64,000 bases of DNA from Octopus sinensis (lineage: Eukaryota). Of the stretch, positions 61,988 through 64,000 are shown one piece after another. Made by a program: the position numbers and the translations under genes. The stretch lies in assembly GCF_006345805.1 (NCBI RefSeq), contig NC_042997.1, positions 39,122,001 to 39,186,000 of the forward strand. Reading direction: 5' to 3'. Below the pieces are notes generated by a model. The model was not told the origin of the DNA. It ran no database searches and worked only from the letters and a program-made list of their open reading frames with translations. The first letter of the stretch is position 1, and every line of letters begins with the position of its first letter.

Positions 61988-63485
61988 CACAGGAGTGGCT
62001 GTGTGGTAAGTAGCTTGCTAACCAACCACATGGTTCCGGGTTCAGTCCCACTGCGTGGCATCTTGGGCAAGTGTCTTCTGCTATAGCCCCGGGCCGACCA
62101 ATGCCTTGTGAGTGGATTTGGTAGACGGAAACTGAAAGAAGCCTGTCGTATATATATGTGTATGTGTGTGTGTTTGTCCCCCTAGCATTGCTTGACAACC
62201 ACTTAGCGGTTCGGCAAAAGAGACCGATAGAATAAGTACTGGGCTTACAAAGAATAAGTTCCGGGGTCGATTTGCTCGACTAAAGGCGGTGCTCCAGCAT
62301 GGCCGCAGTCAAATGACTGAAACAAGTAAAAGAGTAAAGAGATGATGAAATATTTTCCAGATTTTATAAGTGGTCCTAGTTTAATGTTCATCACAAACAA
62401 ATTGTTAGATTGTTTTTTTATTTTGTTGTTGTTGTTGAAGATTTTTTTTCTTTAACACCATTTGTTTCCTTTGTAGAACGATTGTTGTCAAAGTGTAAAA
62501 CTTTGAGGAAAGGCTAACATTCATAAGCTGTTCACAGAGAACTTTGAAGCAGTAACAAACACTAAAACTAGGTTAAACTTTCTTTCAAACTGTTTGTGTT
62601 TAGATTTATTAACTTAGAATTTTATTTCAGCCAAATTAGATGTGAGATCCTCTTGGATTTTAGAACCACTTTTTTTGTTTTAAAAATTTGACTGATATAT
62701 TGTTGCTCATGATATTATGGTATAGTATGAATGAAAAGATGTACATATGTACAATGAATAATCCAGAAGCACTAAATCTCATCTGGATCAGCCCTGCATT
62801 TTAGTTCCAGATTTCTTGAATCTTCAGGCTTGGTAATCTTAAACTTACACAACTAAGCATGGCTGTTTGGTAAGAAGATTGCTTCTCAACCACCTGGTTC
62901 AAGGTTCAGTCCCACTGCATAGCATCTTGGGCTAGTGTCTTCTACTATAGCCAACCATAGCCTTGTGGGTGAACTTGGTAGATGGAAACTGAAAGAAACT
63001 TGTGTGTGTCTGTGTTTGTTCCCCACCGCTGCTTGACAACTGGTTTTAGTGTTTTATGTCCCCACGCCTTAGTGGTTCAGCAAAAAGAGACCAATAAAAA
63101 AAGTACCAGGCTTAAAATGAAAACAAAATTAAGTAGCAAGGTCACTTCATTCGACTAAAAGTTCTCCAAGGTGGTTCCACAGTAGGTGCAGGAGTGGCTG
63201 TGTGGTAAGTAGCTTACTTACCAATCACATGGTTCCGGGTTCAGTCCCACTGCGTGGCACCTTGGGCAAATGTCTTCTACTATAGCCTCGGGCCGACCAA
63301 AGCCTTGTGAGTGGATTTGGTAGACGGAAACTGAAAGAAGCCCGTCATATATATGTGTGTGTGTATATATATATACACATATATATATATATATATATAT
63401 ATGTATGTGCATGTATGTTTGTGTGTCTGTGTTTGTCCCCCTAGCATTGCTTGACAACTGGCTGAAACAAGTAAAAGAGTAAAGA
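61988..63485 (+). mobile_element. SINE family A copies: about 61988-62342, an older copy at 62855-63170, and 63184-63485
   Basis: Family-diagnostic sequences. Confidence 0.85.
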
Positions 63486-64000
63486 GAGTCTAATGATTGA
63501 AACAAGTAAAGAATAAAAGACATTGAACTGCTGCAGTTGTTTACTACATCAGCTTCCCCACTTTTTCTCCAGTCACTCATGGTTTGGACACTTGGACAGA
63601 ATCCATTGAGTCACAGGGTCATGTCAAGCTCCAGCCACTAGTGCTGGTGGCGCAAAAATAAGCACCCGGTACACTCTATTAAGTAGTAGTTGACATTAGG
63701 AAGAGCATCCAGCCATATAAACTATGCCAAAGTTTACATCGGAGCTCAACATGACCATTTGTGGCTCACCAGATCCTGTCCAAGTCTCCAATCCATGCCG
63801 GCAAGGAAAATGGACATTGAAAGAGGATAATGATACTCTCATTTTTTTTTATATCTTTATATAAAATTTCCTCTGTTTTGTATCTGGGAAGATTCATTTT
63901 ATGGGAAGTTTCATTTTATTCCTCTGTATTTGCAAGGCTGCTACTGCCATTGTGAGTTTCCTCCACCTGCCGCCTTTGAAGAAGCCATGTTCTGAAAATC

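Overview
AT-rich, microsatellite- and SINE-dense eukaryotic DNA. The repeat families look like those of an Octopus genome; the genus is inferred from recognition and the species cannot be determined. One complete protein-coding gene is present: RFC2 (replication factor C subunit 2) on +, with 9 coding exons from 2884 to 20025. All its introns are GT-AG, the exon phases are consistent, the CDS is 1044 nt (347 aa), and there is an E2F site just upstream of the ATG. RFC2 intron 7 holds an antisense tRNA-Thr(TGT)-like gene. A probable second transcription unit starts near 42310 (TATA box, short non-coding first exon), but no coding exon for it can be recognised before the window ends. The rest is mostly transposable-element debris: at least four SINE families (some copies with clear target-site duplications, TSDs), LINE fragments (RTE, RTE-X-like, HERO-like, R4/Dong-like, CR1, L2/Jockey-like), Tigger and mariner fossils, hAT, piggyBac, mariner and Merlin/MULE-like MITEs, a Helitron and a foldback-like element. 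Almost all ORFs in the supplied track are by-products of these repeats. I found no evidence of a new protein-based system. The most notable observations are: an RTE LINE copy with a 5' inversion bounded by an 11-bp TSD (twin-priming topology); a tRNA-Thr with no nearby terminator joined to a headless SINE; a SINE dimer with the same junction at two loci; a perfect 126-bp palindrome centred on GATCGATC; and many close inverted repeats that could form dsRNA. Gene, TIR and TSD coordinates were counted by hand; repeat boundaries without a TSD are approximate.
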